In this document: piece after piece, positions 35,781 through 49,519 of the stretch
Layout: every line of letters starts with the position of its first letter
How positions within the stretch are numbered: position 1 is the stretch's first letter
NCBI GenBank assembly: GCA_973895155.1
Contig: OZ316898.1
Span: forward strand, 7,613,079-7,677,078
Origin: Marsupella aquatica
Taxonomy: Eukaryota > Plantae > Marchantiophyta
Length of the DNA stretch: 64,000 nt
Reading direction: 5' to 3'
Translations under genes and position numbers: made by a program
Notes under the pieces: generated by a model
The model's database searches: none
What the model saw: only the letters and a program-made list of their open reading frames with translations
Told to the model about the DNA's origin: nothing

Positions 35781-38665
35781 ATGGGAGCGGAGCTTGGTAC
35801 CTAGAACCAATGTTTGTGGAATGCGAGGTGGAATGTTCACTTAGTTGGTAATTAACCCTTATGCTTTGGTTTGTGAAGAAACATACACAGGCCCAAGCTG
35901 ATTGTGCTCCCTTTTAGAGCCTTGTTCTCGAGAAAGGTAGAAAAAGATAGTAGACAAAGACATTACTCAGGGGAAGTACTGATCTACGTTCAAGGAGCTA
36001 AATGACTGTTGTAGTGACATTCTAGGAGTTTTTGCTCTAATGTGAAACATTTGTTTTAGGCGAAATAAAAAGTTATTGGTGTAAGACATGTTAGGTGAGG
36101 ATAGAGGTTCTTATTGGTAAATTAAATCCATCAACTCTTTGTATCCATCACAGCAGTGGTTATGTTAATCTTCCTTTGGTGTAGAGGTGTGCACTCCTTA
36201 CAAGAGACAAAAAAGTTATAATCACATAATTGGACGATTGACAGAGATTAGGATCTAAACCCCTGGATCTAAACTGGCAGAATGGTTTAGTATCTCAAAG
36301 CACGAGTTGATTTTGCCTAGTTGCAAGTCAGTCCATTCGAGCTAAAAACACAATTCAAGGTCTGCAACATCTTAATTGTGAACCCTGTCAATTGGAAAAA
36401 AAGGTTCCATGAATATTTCACGAGTAATCCAATGCATCTCTCCTACAATATGAGATTAAATTAAACATGGAAACCTGGGAGAGAGGGACAAGAGGGACAT
36501 TGTTTAGAGTCAAAGACATTATATAACTATATAATTGACAGTTTGCCCACGAGAGCACAAGTCATGGGGAGGAGTTGCAAGAAAGGAAGAGTACTCTATT
36601 CAGTCTAAGGTGGCAGCTGTGTGTCTGGCTAAATTTTAGTTTTGAATTGGCCACCCAGCTTGTTAGATTATTGCATGAACCACCCTGGCCAATCTATATG
36701 AATCAGATTGAGGACAATGACCTTCCATCATTAACAGGGGAGGCCAGAATTTTATGAAATAATGTAGTCATTTAGAAGTATGAGGTTGCAATATGTTTTA
36801 TGCAAACTTATAAACAGACAATTTCCATTCCAGGTGATCACATTCCTGCCAATTGTGATTCTTGTACAACCACCTACATACAGTGGTTTAAATGATGATA
36901 TTTTACTTGAGATATAGCCATGAATTGAAGGTACACTTATTTACAACATCACTTAATTCCAAGGATCCAACTTGATCTCTTTCTATTGCACATCACCCTT
37001 ACATAACAAAGGACCTTTGGTGCTATTTAAGAAACACCATTAATACGAAGGTAAGGGCAATGCCATGTAAAAAAGTGCAGCAAGATCTGACATTGTTTCT
37101 TTCTATGAATGGTGGTGTGAGCAGGCAAAACGAGAGAGACATATCCTGTCCAACTGAAACCTATCTGAAACAGTATATAGAAGAGTTCTTGGCTGGGTAC
37201 ATACGTCGCTTCACTACAACTTTTGGCCATAAAGAGCCAGCTTGAACTCATGCCACGTAGGCTCATTCTGTGACATGCTATACATTCAACAAGAGCTCCT
37301 CTTTGGAAAAGGGAGCCGACCATCAAATCAGGAGGATTAAATGACACATTCGGGAAGTAAATTACAGGTTGGTTGAGATCTCGGTCAAGATACATACCAG
37401 CCTGCAGACATCACATCCCCGATCACATTGACATTTATACTTGCACTTGAAACTATCCCTCTGGATTAATTCTGCTTTTCCAATTCTATCATTTCCTCAG
37501 TATTAATGGAATTCAGGTTTGGCATCGATCAAACGGGCAGGCTGGTCTACATCATAACGAAGATTTAAATGCCTCAAATTAAGTCCATCAAGGCTTCCAT
37601 GTGCCCCAGCTCCTGTCCTCATATTGCTGCAAATTCTAAGTGCGTATATATATATTCCTGTTCTCCCTGAATGGCTTGCTTTCACTCCATTCTGCAAATA
37701 TGTACAGATGCATCTCCAGTGAGAATGCACAATCATAATAACATGTAACATTCCACCAATAAAGTCTCCTAGTTCTCCTTCAGATCGAGGCTTCAATTTT
37801 GTTTGAAGCTGTTTGGGCCTAAAAGTTGATTTTGATGCCGCAAAATCTTGGGGATGCACATACATGCTCAACAAAACCCATAGCAACAAGAGTCACATAT
37901 GACAGTTCAGAATGACTGTCAAATCAATTGCCACATTTCTGAATGTTGCAAGATATAGACATTAGGGACCTTGTGAGGTTCAGTTTCTGCAAATAAAGAA
38001 GGAACAAATTCCATGAAGGTTTTTGCATTAATAATAGAACTTGGCTCCCCATTGATTTTCATTTCTCTTATTTGAGATAGGAAAAAAATCCAAACTGCCC
38101 AGGAACTTAAAACCAAAACTTATACCGACAACTACATCACCCATCTGTTTTCTGCAAGTTCTCTTCTTCCTGAAAATTAAACAAACCGTGCTGTCACGAA
38201 ATGGTCTCCAAGCCTCATAACTCTAATCCTTCCAGTCAGTGTGGATACCTTGTCATGGGCTTGTACCATAGCTCAACCACTACTTGGGTTGTCATTCATT
38301 TGACTCACCTCATTATCTACCCACTGTCCTATGTTTGCTATTGGAAAAAACCATACCTTGCCTCAGTAGTAAGGACCCAATCTTGGAAACCCCCCTCATC
38401 CCTCCATAGAGCATGTGTACGCCAAGCCCCCTTTATCACCAATATCTTCCCTGTCTACGTTCATGAAACTGGGTCTCGGGAATATAATGGTTACAGGTTG
38501 CCATGCATGGCCAGTCAAACATCATTTCTATTAAACCTTTGGGGAAAATAGGCTTCATCTTGATCTTCATAAAAGCCTTGTTCGGCCATCCCGGGCAATC
38601 CCGCGGGCAATGCACCGGAATGATTTTTCAATGGCAAATGTCAAATCCTAAGTCCTCTTTAAAGG

Positions 38666-40060
38666 TTATATATATTCTGTCGGGTCTGCTTCCAACGCTT
38701 GGAAGAAATCCCCAAAGGGATGAGAAAAAGAAGGTGGTCGGAGCATGACTCTGGGAGTAAACACCTCAGCAAGAAATTGTCTCTCTGCTTCTCTAATAGC
38801 TTCTTCACTTCTCTTCCTGTACTGAAATTCATTCACAAAGGCCCTCTTCCATCCACTACCTGCAGGAGCTCTCTCCCCACAAGGTCCAAACTCTTCCTTG
38901 TACTTATGCTTCCAGAGCTCCTCATTTGACGTCAGGAACCTAAATTCGGAGCAAGCACATGCAAGATTTCCCAGCGCAATTGGCGGAAGCAAATCCAAAA
39001 CTTTAATTTTCAATTCCGTGGGGAGTCTCAGGAGTGATGGGGGAGGAGGAAGCCCATTTTTTTCACACATGAACATTAATAGTGGTAGAGAAAGAGAATC
39101 CTTGACCTCCCTCCATAACTCAAAAATGTCACAAAAAATGTTCTTCCCTATCAATGTTGCTGCTATCATCCGAGCTCCATCTCCAGAATTATCTGTGTTT
39201 GCAACCTTACCATCCACAACCGGCTGCATGGTTGAATCTTTATCCCGCTTGTTACCATAACTGCTGTTGTTGCTCGCTCCAACAGCAACAAAGTTTCCCA
39301 ATTTTAGATTTTTGTGCAAAAACTTTGACACAGACAAACAAACCCGATGAGGACTCCCATCTGTGACAGCACCATAAACCACAAAGGTGTTCCCCACCAT
39401 CAAGCATCGGAGAAGAACCTCTTGTCCTAACTCTCGAGTAGTCTCCTGTATGGTGAGCTCAGGGAGTGTGTATGTGAGATTGACAAAGCCAATACCACTT
39501 GACCCAGATGGAAGCTCATATCCACCTAAAGTCCAAGTCCCTTCTTGGGTTGCATTATTGCTGTTGGATCTACCAGTCTCAATCCCGACAAACCCAGTCT
39601 CCAGCATTACAGCATGCACAGCGAGAACTAAAAACATAGAAGGCTGTCGGATATTCTCAAATTCTTTAGTCAACACTCGTTGGAGTAGGTCTGGAATGGG
39701 TACCAAATGATGTCTTCCTCCTCCACTTGGTGCCATTTCTTGCAGTGGCCCTCTTGCATTTATTTCCATTAATGTGACCGGCCCGTGTTCTACCATCGGT
39801 GGATTTGACGATGGGACAAGAATGACACCACCTGGAGAACTTGTGTTGTCCAATTCCCGTGTAGTTTTTAGGTCCATAGTGGTAGAATCTGAACTTGGCA
39901 CCTTAGTTTCTGGTTGCTGCCCTCCTGCAAGAGATGCTGCTTGTCTACAAGCAGCTGCTGCAGCACAAAGTTCCCTTCTTGTAGCGGGAGTGCTCACACC
40001 TCTCCCTCCATGGTTTGGGGTTCCCGCTTGTTGGGGAGGAATTGGCTCAAGCCCATCCAT
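38666..40060 (-). CDS. SKIP22/FBXO7-like F-box protein, copy 2 (open FP + F-box frame; C-terminus truncated); possibly a pseudogene
   Basis: Highly similar to 30371-31615 from ~39780 downward. The first in-frame ATG is at 40060 (the ORF track starts at a TTG). An ATAT-slippage-like change gives a stop at 38666, although homology to copy 1 (..GATCAAGATGAAGC..) continues to ~38545. Confidence 0.7.
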   Translation of the reverse strand: MDGLEPIPPQQAGTPNHGGRGVSTPATRRELCAAAAACRQAASLAGGQQPETKVPSSDSTTMDLKTTRELDNTSSPGGVILVPSSNPPMVEHGPVTLMEINARGPLQEMAPSGGGRHHLVPIPDLLQRVLTKEFENIRQPSMFLVLAVHAVMLETGFVGIETGRSNSNNATQEGTWTLGGYELPSGSSGIGFVNLTYTLPELTIQETTRELGQEVLLRCLMVGNTFVVYGAVTDGSPHRVCLSVSKFLHKNLKLGNFVAVGASNNSSYGNKRDKDSTMQPVVDGKVANTDNSGDGARMIAATLIGKNIFCDIFELWREVKDSLSLPLLMFMCEKNGLPPPPSLLRLPTELKIKVLDLLPPIALGNLACACSEFRFLTSNEELWKHKYKEEFGPCGERAPAGSGWKRAFVNEFQYRKRSEEAIREAERQFLAEVFTPRVMLRPPSFSHPFGDFFQALEADPTEYI

Positions 40061-40164
40061 TGAGTGCACCAAGGCTCTGGCAACCCTTGACTACTCTATA
40101 GGATTTGCACTTCCAACAAGTCAAGAGATGGGCTCCCAATAAGACTAAGGGGAGAAAAACCTCC

Positions 40165-40399
40165 TTAATTGATAATGTAGTATACAAGATCCCCAATTTA
40201 TTGTCACCCAAAGAAAGGAGGACACTGCCAGGGCCCTGGATCTTTTCCTCTAGCGTCTTATTGAAGGATAGGCTGAATGAGGAGGTTAGTAAGGACACCA
40301 GTGGCCCTAACCCTGTAAGGTAGAGAGGAGTGGAATTTCCACCCTAGTTGTTGACCCCCGCTTGCTGCACGCCCTCACTCTCAATTTGATGCTGGCCAT
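40165..40399 (-). pseudogene. Frameshifted N-terminal ubiquitin-like domain of the SKIP22-like gene (copy 2)
   Basis: Three frames give MASIKLRVRACSKRGSTTRVEIPLLSTLQ / LGPLVSLLTSSFSLSFNKTLEEKIQGPGSVLLSLG / GDLVYYIIN*. This matches the recalled SKIP22 Ubl pattern MKLRLR..TL..L..LSLN.K....L.SLG..SGDLIYF. Confidence 0.72.
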
Positions 40400-43300
40400 G
40401 GCCAATCCCGCTTGCTGAATTCTGGAGTCGACAGGTATACTAATATGACTTGGATGGATCAACTCATGATGAATACTACACTGCGCTTTGGAATTGAACG
40501 GTCTCACAAACTAAGAAGAGAAGTAGGTCAAGCAAGGAAGACAAATCCTTACAAGTGGAGTTAAGTGAATGCCAAACAAAACATGAAGCTGTAGAATTGA
40601 GCAGCGCCTTCACGTACAGATGTCAACCATAGACAAACCCTTGCAAGGCGAAGGAAACACAAAGCGATTGTATGTCAGAAACCATTGATCCATCCAGAAC
40701 CCACCGACCACCTTGTTCGCGATGAAAATGGGTAGTTGTGCATTCCAATTACCATCTCTAGGAAGAGGCTGGCACCCAAGATCAAACCACTGTAGACGCT
40801 ATCTTCAAGAGGAATGCAAGGATCAAAGAGTTTTGTATTGACGAACCATCCAAAAAGTTTCCTGCAAAACCAAATTGTACTTGCTCTTTGCCACCAATGT
40901 AAGCTGCCAGTCAGATTTCCCAATAGCCATGCAAATTTTACAATTCTTGAGACTGCCACCCTCAGTGAAGCGTTTAGCTTGCTTGCCAAGTAGATACTTC
41001 CAGATGTAATTGAAATGAAAAATAAATTAAAATTCACACAGGCCGTTTCTAAGAAGCTAAAGTGGGTCTTTAGGCCTTTAGTGGGTGCAGAGAATTATAG
41101 TTCAAGCCATGAGCATTCACATTATGTCACTGGTTAGATTTTGGTTTCACTTTATCTTTATCTTTAGTGTAACACATTCTATCCAGGAAAGTTGGCATTT
41201 GGACGCAGTCTATTCTGGTTGTGGAAGTCCATCCAAGCTTATTAGAAAAACCTCAGGTCCATCCGACCATAATGTTTAAAGGATAAGGCTGGGAATTAGG
41301 TGTATCGATGAGAAGCCTTTTAGCTATTCTGGTCTTCAGGATAAGAATCAGACAATTGAACGAAGGGCATGGAAATAAGTGGGACAGAAGTGGGATAATT
41401 ACTTAATTTTCTTTTTTGTTTTGAGATAAGTTATATTAGGTGAGCCTCCATTACCATAGGTTCAGGCCTAGGTTGCTTAATCAATTACGCAAGGCCAATG
41501 GGGCATTATTCAACTAATAATTGGCTGTTGCAAATCTAGGAATTATGTCTCTTGACATTATTGTGTAGGAGATCAGACATTGGCAATTAACAGTTTGTCT
41601 AGCCTGCACCAAAATCAAACGTTGAAAGGTAGTCAGACTAGTGAGCAAATTACAAGGCTCATTTCTGAGTCAACTTCCAATAACTACTAGACCACACCTG
41701 TCCACTAAAATCATTTTGATGTGTAATAGATCAGTCTAAGTTCTTACATTATTAGTCTAACATGTCTTTCCAATAATACTAGATCAATTATATTGACATC
41801 GAATATTGGACATATAACTCAATTATTTGACGTTGCGGGCATTTAAGATGTAGACATCCACTATAGAGAGGATTTTGATGTCCAAATTATTGTCAATTGA
41901 TTTATATTTCTATATGCCAACAAATTGGATGTCAAATGGATACACTGCAAACTTATTTGTGTTCTATAAGTTTGTGTCTCTATGAAGTTCTTATCACACA
42001 CTTCTATCATTACCACCGCCAGTATATGTGGTTGAAGAGTGAAAATTTACCTGAAATCATGACTTGTATGTGCATTATTGTTTAAACACAAAACAAATTA
42101 ATTGAACATAAGAATACATCCTGATCAATCCAACTACCTACATCAGGATGGATTCTTAATTTACAATCACTTAATCATAATGTTAGTATTTTTTTTGCCT
42201 CAACTCATAGCAACAATCCAAAATATGTGTCACAAGTGTGATTTAAAATCTTTGTTGCAAGGAACTATATCCGAATCTAGATTGTTCAATCCAATCAAAT
42301 AAGAGTCAACACATCTTTCCATCAGAAAGCTATACAAGCATGATAGCACTAACATTGCTAGCAAAACATGAAATGGTTATTATCCTTTTTCATAAAATCA
42401 TTTGAGGGCAATGCAAGCTAGAATTTTATACTATCTAATCAAGGTCTGGTTATAATTTGCATACCAATTTTCAATTTAGAGAAAGTTGGAATTGCGTGCC
42501 ATTGCAGTCTGGGTATATTTGAGCACCAACTTTCCAAAATTGAGCAAAAGTTTGAATGGCATGTCTGTTCTAATTATTTATGTCTTAGTGTTTAAGTCAC
42601 TGGCATGTTCATATCTACACATTATTTATGGTACCTATATGGATACAATATGTCAATTTTTGTTAGTTTCTTAGTTCACTACTATGACAACTTCAATTCT
42701 AAGGATTGCATTATTAAGTAAGAAATCTATTGTATTGTAAAGTTAGATTTTCATTATGAATGCTCACAAAAAAATTTCATTTGATGAAAATACTAGGTTA
42801 TCAAATAGTCACAATGGGGTCACAATCTCCCCATTTTGATACCCAATTCATGGTAATTATTAGTCCGAGGAGTAAGAGGACCCTGACTCACTTTCATAAC
42901 CTCCACCTCCACCTCCACCTCCACATCCACAACAACAGGGGCAACAACATGGGCAACAACATGTGGCTATTGGAGTAAGCAACGAAAGCAATTGTGGACA
43001 GGCTGATACTACTTTGACGACAGTTAAAGCTAAGCCCATGGAAACTGGTTTGTCCTTCACACACCTGCTTATTTGCTACCCCCAGGCCAGGACCTTCCTC
43101 TAGTCGCTTGTAATGCATGAGACCCTAACTAGGTGAGATGTACTATGTTTACAAATCACACTTGGATCTTGGTTGTTCTCCCTGCTTGCATCAAAATAAT
43201 TATGTGAGTTGGGAACAACTTTCATTTCACCGTTCCTTTCATTGTGCCCCCTCTTGGTACCTATTGCTCTTTGAAAGCAAAAAGCAGGGGATTCGTTTTT

Positions 43301-44825
43301 GAACAAATTTGCCACCCATGGCATGATCAATGGATGCAGATGTGGACCAGTCTTGGGGCCCCTGTATTGTAATTTTTATTGTACAACCGCAGGGAGCGAG
43401 ATGCAGGAAAGCCAAATGATAGCCCTGGATTTAATTGTAGGCTTTTTAATTGAAGACCTTGTCAAACAGCAGCAAGCATTTCTTAGAATGTGAATGCATC
43501 AAAATCTAATGTGAGTAGTCAGAGAAGAGGTGCTAGCGCAAAGCATTGTAAGTATCTTAGTAAAGACACCAACTATTGACCATGAGTTTTATCAAGGTTA
43601 TTTGTTATCACAATAATTCTATTTTAAAATGGAGTTACTTTCCTGGCTCAGGGGATCACTTTGTCATTTTCATTGTCAATGATTAGTTATTTTGGCCCCC
43701 ACCCACCCGCAGAAGCCTGTACCCATTGCATGGTTCCCTCCCCCTCTTCAGGATAAATAAAAATAATAAATCGTTTCCATAAACAGGAAACCAAAACATA
43801 TATTCCTAACAAAATGATTAATATACCCAACCATAAGCTAATGACTGTCTGAAGGTTATTGCTCAGTCAGATTGCATTCATTAGATGTAGTGTACTATTA
43901 CAAGAAGAGCTTACAATATCTCCGGCTCAGGGGCTCACTTTTTTCCAAATCACCCATCACGTGCAAAAAGAAAGGGTTTTAAAATTTGATTTTGCAGAAG
44001 ACTTACTAAGCACTTACTAAGGCACTTACTAAGGCATCACTAGTCACTAACTAAATTAAAAATAACTAACAGCATTCAGATAAAGCTGGAGTATTTGCAT
44101 TAAGGGTGCAGAGATGTGAACATTGAAGCTAGCAAAAATTCAAATGTAGCTTCATTGTCAACTATTTTCTAAACCAGAAGCACAGAAACTCGCAGATCAG
44201 GCTTTCGCTTAGATTCTTGAAACAAGAATGGCACATGATACTAAAATCGTTACTAGCACATACAATCACACGCTGGAATCTCGAGAAATCGAGTGGCTTT
44301 CCAAGTAGGTGTGCTCTGTACCCTGGTTGCAAAGAATCACCTTAAGCCATCACTAACCAATATAAAAATCCCACTAAAGAATTGTTGGCCACCGAATACC
44401 TACGACTCGGACTAGGATTCCCAATGGCTGATTGAAGCACCATACCCAGCTCACCCATCTGTACCCAGGGCCGACGTCAGGGAATCATTGAGGCTCTGCA
44501 AATTCAAGCTTACCAGTGTGAGAACCCGTCCGGGTTGACAAGTGACCTGATAATATTCAACAATTTATATGTCTATTTCCGTTCCAAGGACATTCTGTAT
44601 AATTCCTATGCCAAATCCTAGAAACTGAGGAGAGACAACAGATAAGGGAACTGGTCCAAGCAGTTTTTTCTTACCAAAACAAATTTAGAAAGCAGGCAAA
44701 CCGTGCTCCTTTCACACCAATAGCAGGCAATCATGTTTCTAAGTTATGGATAGTTCAGAAACTCACTAGGACAGTAGGTAAAAGGCAAATCGCAAACGGA
44801 AGTCCGGACAATTTGCGGAAAGACA

Positions 44826-45980
44826 TTATCGAGCACAGGTTGGTCTTTGCGGAATGACATTATCGAGCACAGGTTCGTCAAAATCAGGGACTCTCCTGCT
44901 TTCCATATCTCTAGCAAGAAGCACCTTACTTCTAAAAAGTTCTGACTTCGAGGGTTGTTTCATTGACCAAGACAAGCGACGTGTGCATCGGATGTGAAAC
45001 TTACTCCATTTTAGTAGGCTCTCTCTCTGTGGCTTATTCAATCGTGCTCGCGGCCGTACACTTTTGATGAGTTTCTCAGCCTCACTCCATGTCGCTGCCA
45101 GGTTTAATTCTACCAACAAAGCACACATTACAGTGACACTGCGTCCGTGTCCTGCAATCACATCACACGGACACATCACTAGAGGAGAGCATCCTGAAAT
45201 AAGACGAGCTGATACCAAAGAACGACAGACACAGGGCTTTATAGTCTACCAGTGAAACCCAAATCCATCAGTGTCAGGAAAAGGCACGGGCAGTTGCACG
45301 CGAGGACATGAATAGCTATTTCAAAGCTGAATCATTAATGAAGGAGCAAAATGAATCTGCTAAACAAAGCATAGGCAAGTGAAACTATGAAATATGCGAA
45401 TTGAAGCCGCTGAGAGTTCAAGACAAGCACATTACTCACCAAAGGCACAATGAATATATACTGGGCGATTCTCTTGTGTCTTTTTGTTCAGTGCCCACCT
45501 CACAGCTAGCTCAATATCTTCAGGTCTTGGGCCTCGTGAATCCCAAGTAGGGATGTTCAAATATGGAAGCCCTGGTGAATGTGGTGGCCGAGGTAGCTCA
45601 CATGTGCAATCTACAACAGCTGGATTGCCAGGAGGCATATCTCCAGCATTTATAGGCCAGCCTCCCACAAACAAACCTGGACTTACTTCATCGTACACTG
45701 CCTCCTTGCTTCTCATTCTTCTCAGCAGAACGTATGCTCTGAGACCATATAGATAGGGATAAAAAGTGGCATACGACCACCAGGGAAAATCTCCATCAGA
45801 GGTCTTGCCAAAAAGGGCAGGTTTGTTCACACTAGGGTGTGCTGCGATGGCAGCAGTAAAGCCCACCAATGATGCTTGCAAAATGGGGAGAAGGATGTAC
45901 GAGGGAGCATGGTTCCTCAAGCTTATGTATGAACCCAAAAGAATTGTTGATGGAATTGTAACAATGACAGATATTCCCAT
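44826..45980 (-). CDS. Dual-specificity/PTP-like phosphatase with hydrophobic N-terminus (YnbD-like), ~288 aa
   Basis: Exons 45980-45440 and 45151-44826. The splice joins the catalytic CX5R motif VYIHCAFG|HGRS. Also has EVSPGLFVGGWP, VVDCTCELP, IPTWDS and IKSVRPRARLN. Confidence 0.9.
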
Positions 45981-48900
45981 GATTCCTTAAGTGGCTATGT
46001 CTCTGAGACTGAGCCTTCCTCCCCAACAGGCTCTAAAGGTGTGGTGAATTTCGCAAAATTTACGGTGATTGTAGATGCTTTATGACCCGCCCTTCAAAAA
46101 CACTTTCTATTGCTTCAAAGAGATCCTCCTTGATCATCCTGCAACTTTTCTCCTGCCTTTTTCACCATTGGGAATCTTTCCAAGGCTGAGCGTCCTCGCC
46201 TTTCCAGTGGCCCTCCAGCAACAACGTAATCGTATCACACTTTGTGTCCTGTTTCAGAGGAATTTGACGTCCACCAATATCAAGTTAGCGTTTAGACAAA
46301 AGCAGAAAGAAAGTCGAGAAAGCAGAGCAGGAACCAGAAGGCGTCTTGTAAACTTAATCCAAAAGTTCCATAAAGTGAAAGGAGTTGGGAGTAATCGCTC
46401 CTTCTGAAGCCAAAATTGTAAGAAGCTCACAAGAGCACTCGTAAGGGTGAGTCAGCATACAAATTACGAATTTATCTAGGAGGGGCCTCCCAAGACAAAT
46501 CATTGATGAACTAAAACTACGAGAAATGCAAATATGAGAGCTTGCTCGAAGGGAACCAGTGGCTCATAGAAATCTCAATTGAGATTGACGGCCAGCCATG
46601 GCCATCCTGCGGTCAGATGACTACCCAGCTTGACACGACTCCGCGGCTGGTGCTTAAAGCCCACTCTTCTCGCTACAGCTTGCTTACGATCATGCTCAAC
46701 AAGAGTCAATCTCTTAGCCCTAGTTTTCACCCCACGAGCCCCTTGCGAACCTTTCATAGAGCAACCTTCCCCCCTTAACGCATGTACTTTCCCATCATAT
46801 CCAACAGGATCGTGCACAGAATCTTGCCACCAATTCAAGGAAAAAATCGAAACAAAGCTTTCCAAGCAAAACGTTACAATGTGCAATACCTCAGGACTGT
46901 GTTGATGTGTTCTCCGTCCCGCACTTGGCTCTTCACATGGGGAGCAACCTCCAAGTTGAATCACTCTGGCAGCTTTTTGTCTCACCGGATTCACCCGACA
47001 AGCAAGCAGCTCACTGGATCAGGACAGAATTGATTTCCTTCGAGTCACCAAACACAAACCCCCTCGACGATTACAGTGCTGCAATGCTGCCGACCATCAC
47101 AGCACCGACGTACCTTTCGATCTCTTGCTCTGTCTCAGGTGTGCCTCTCGCGAAGTAGTGGGGAGGAACCAAGGGACAGACTGTTTGTGGGACATGATCG
47201 ACCCACTAACTTCCATTTCAGATCTTTTCGAAAGGGGACATCTTTTCGGGAACTACTATGTACTAGTGAGGATCAGGTCACCACAATAAATAAATTATGT
47301 ATACTGTTAAGGAAGCTGACTGTGACGTATATTGTTGCATACTCGAGGAGACAGTATATGGGAGGAAATGTATCTCATTAGAGCATCTGCACCGATATAG
47401 TCAAATGCACCTGTAACCTCTACAATGCATACAGAGGTTGATTTTGGAGGGATGGCTTTCCAGGGGTGCCCCCTATCTCTAAATAAATGGCGGCCAGTCT
47501 TTATTTAGGAGAGAGACCTTTATGCTTACCTCTATGAGCAAGCAATCTTTACTTCACTGGGTGATGTAAGCATTGACCTACACATTGACTAATGCCTGGA
47601 TGCACCATTTGATTGTATCTCTGTGCTCCATGCAGACCATATCAAGTACATTCAACATTATGAGATGTAATCATAAGCAAAAGTGCTATTAATAGTGGCA
47701 GCAGGTTAAAGCCACAAAGGGTTAAGAATCATCCACACATCCTTAATGGAAAACTTGAGTCCCTAAGATGGAATGTTAAGCCCGGTGGACCTAAGGATTT
47801 AATATGAAGCCCCCATGGACTTCCAAATCTTGGATGGATTGACTCATAACATCAAAAAATGCTTGAATAACACTATTTATAGTCTTAACTGAAATGTGAT
47901 CTACAAAAGGGGCTCCTGACCGTTTGCAGCTGGTTTCCAATAGTTCACATAATGGTTAGTCTAGGCTACAAACAAACTACTCAGGGAGTCCCTCACAAAC
48001 ATGAAACATCAGTTGGCGATTAGTTTATAATATTTGACCAGTTTTGCACTCATTAGCAATTAAGAAACATAGTCATTTTCAATATAGGCTTGGAGAGCAA
48101 GAATGTTGTCTCCAACTTTGGCTTAAAAGCTAGGGGCACAAAGATTATCTTTGAATTTAAATTGAGGGATGGAATAAACCTATTTTCCTCAAATGAGCAT
48201 ACACACTTGAGATTAATATTTTCCAGAAACCTGTAGGGTCGGATTGTAAATTATAATTCTTCCATTGACTGTGTGTCACATTTGCACAGGTCACAACTAC
48301 TACTTTAAGATATAGACCTATCCACAAAGGTCATGACTACCTTAGCAACTTTTACAAAAAGTTGTCAAGAAATACCCTATCCGCAAACTTGCTTAACCAG
48401 ACATGACTGGTGAGTGACTATTTTTTGACTAAAAGATGCAACAAGACAAAAGCATGACAACAGGTCATTCATGGTATGGAAGATCCGTTCAATGTGTCGG
48501 CACGTGCTGTGTGACACAGTTCACCATATGCTGCTGATATCTTATGTGCACAACCAAAAAGGTCCCTTTTTGCATGTAAAGAGTTAAGGGTCAATGACCA
48601 CAAGAAACTCCATACCATCAGGAGATGGCACACAGGCAAGAGAGAGGGCTGGCCACAAGGAGTGACCACAAGAAACCAGACTCCTTGTGTCCATTACTGC
48701 ATTCTTAGAGGACTGGTTCGCTTGCAAAGAGATGTGCTTTCTTAGTACACTAACTGAATCACTTGTTTGGTTGATGAGCTCCACTATCTCTCATCACGCA
48801 GGCATTACCACCGGCTCTAAATGCCTGGCCAGTGATGAGTTTTGCAAGAGCGGCTTACAACTACTCACATTTTCCTATTCCCACCCAACTGTGCCAAGTC

Positions 48901-49369
48901 AAAACCGGCTGCCCCGGCCGGCCTGCCAGAAATTGCCTCCCACTCTTCACTTGGTGACATTGAGCACAGCAATTCCCTCACTCAACATCCTCACGCATCC
49001 CCGCATGCATCTCCCTAGACAGACCTGATATAATAACCTTGGGACACATGGAATGATGGCCATCTTCGTAATGAAACAGACATCATACTATGTTCATTGT
49101 AGATGTTTTGTGTGGGGATTGGGTGTGGGTGGGGATCACAGTTGGGTGCTATAGGCCAAAGAACATTTACTGGCCCATCACTCGCATTGCCCACCACTCA
49201 CCTTGCCAGAGTTCCCAATACTGATTTAGGTTGATGGTTCCTTGGAAACTCATTTAATATCACAAGTCAGGTTCATCTGCTATGTCCAAGGGGCAGTGCA
49301 TGGGACCCAACAGCTAGCAATACAGGAAAGTTTGTCCAAAATCAGTACCTCAATCTATACCAGGTCCCA

Positions 49370-49519
49370 ATTACAGTGTGAGGTGGGAATTCTCTCAGGC
49401 TTGAGGCCCACGGTTTTGTGGCACTCTTGGTCTCCAAACAAAGAATGGGGCTTCGGAGTCTGTCCCCTTGCTTGCTTTAAAGCTTAAAAAAAGAAAAGAA
49501 AGAAAGAAAGAAAGAAAGA
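49370..49519 (+). mobile_element. Possible 3' end of a retroposon with an A-rich/(GAAA)n tail
   Basis: Ends aaaaaaagaaaagaaagaaagaaagaaagaaag. No head or TSD was identified. Confidence 0.3.
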
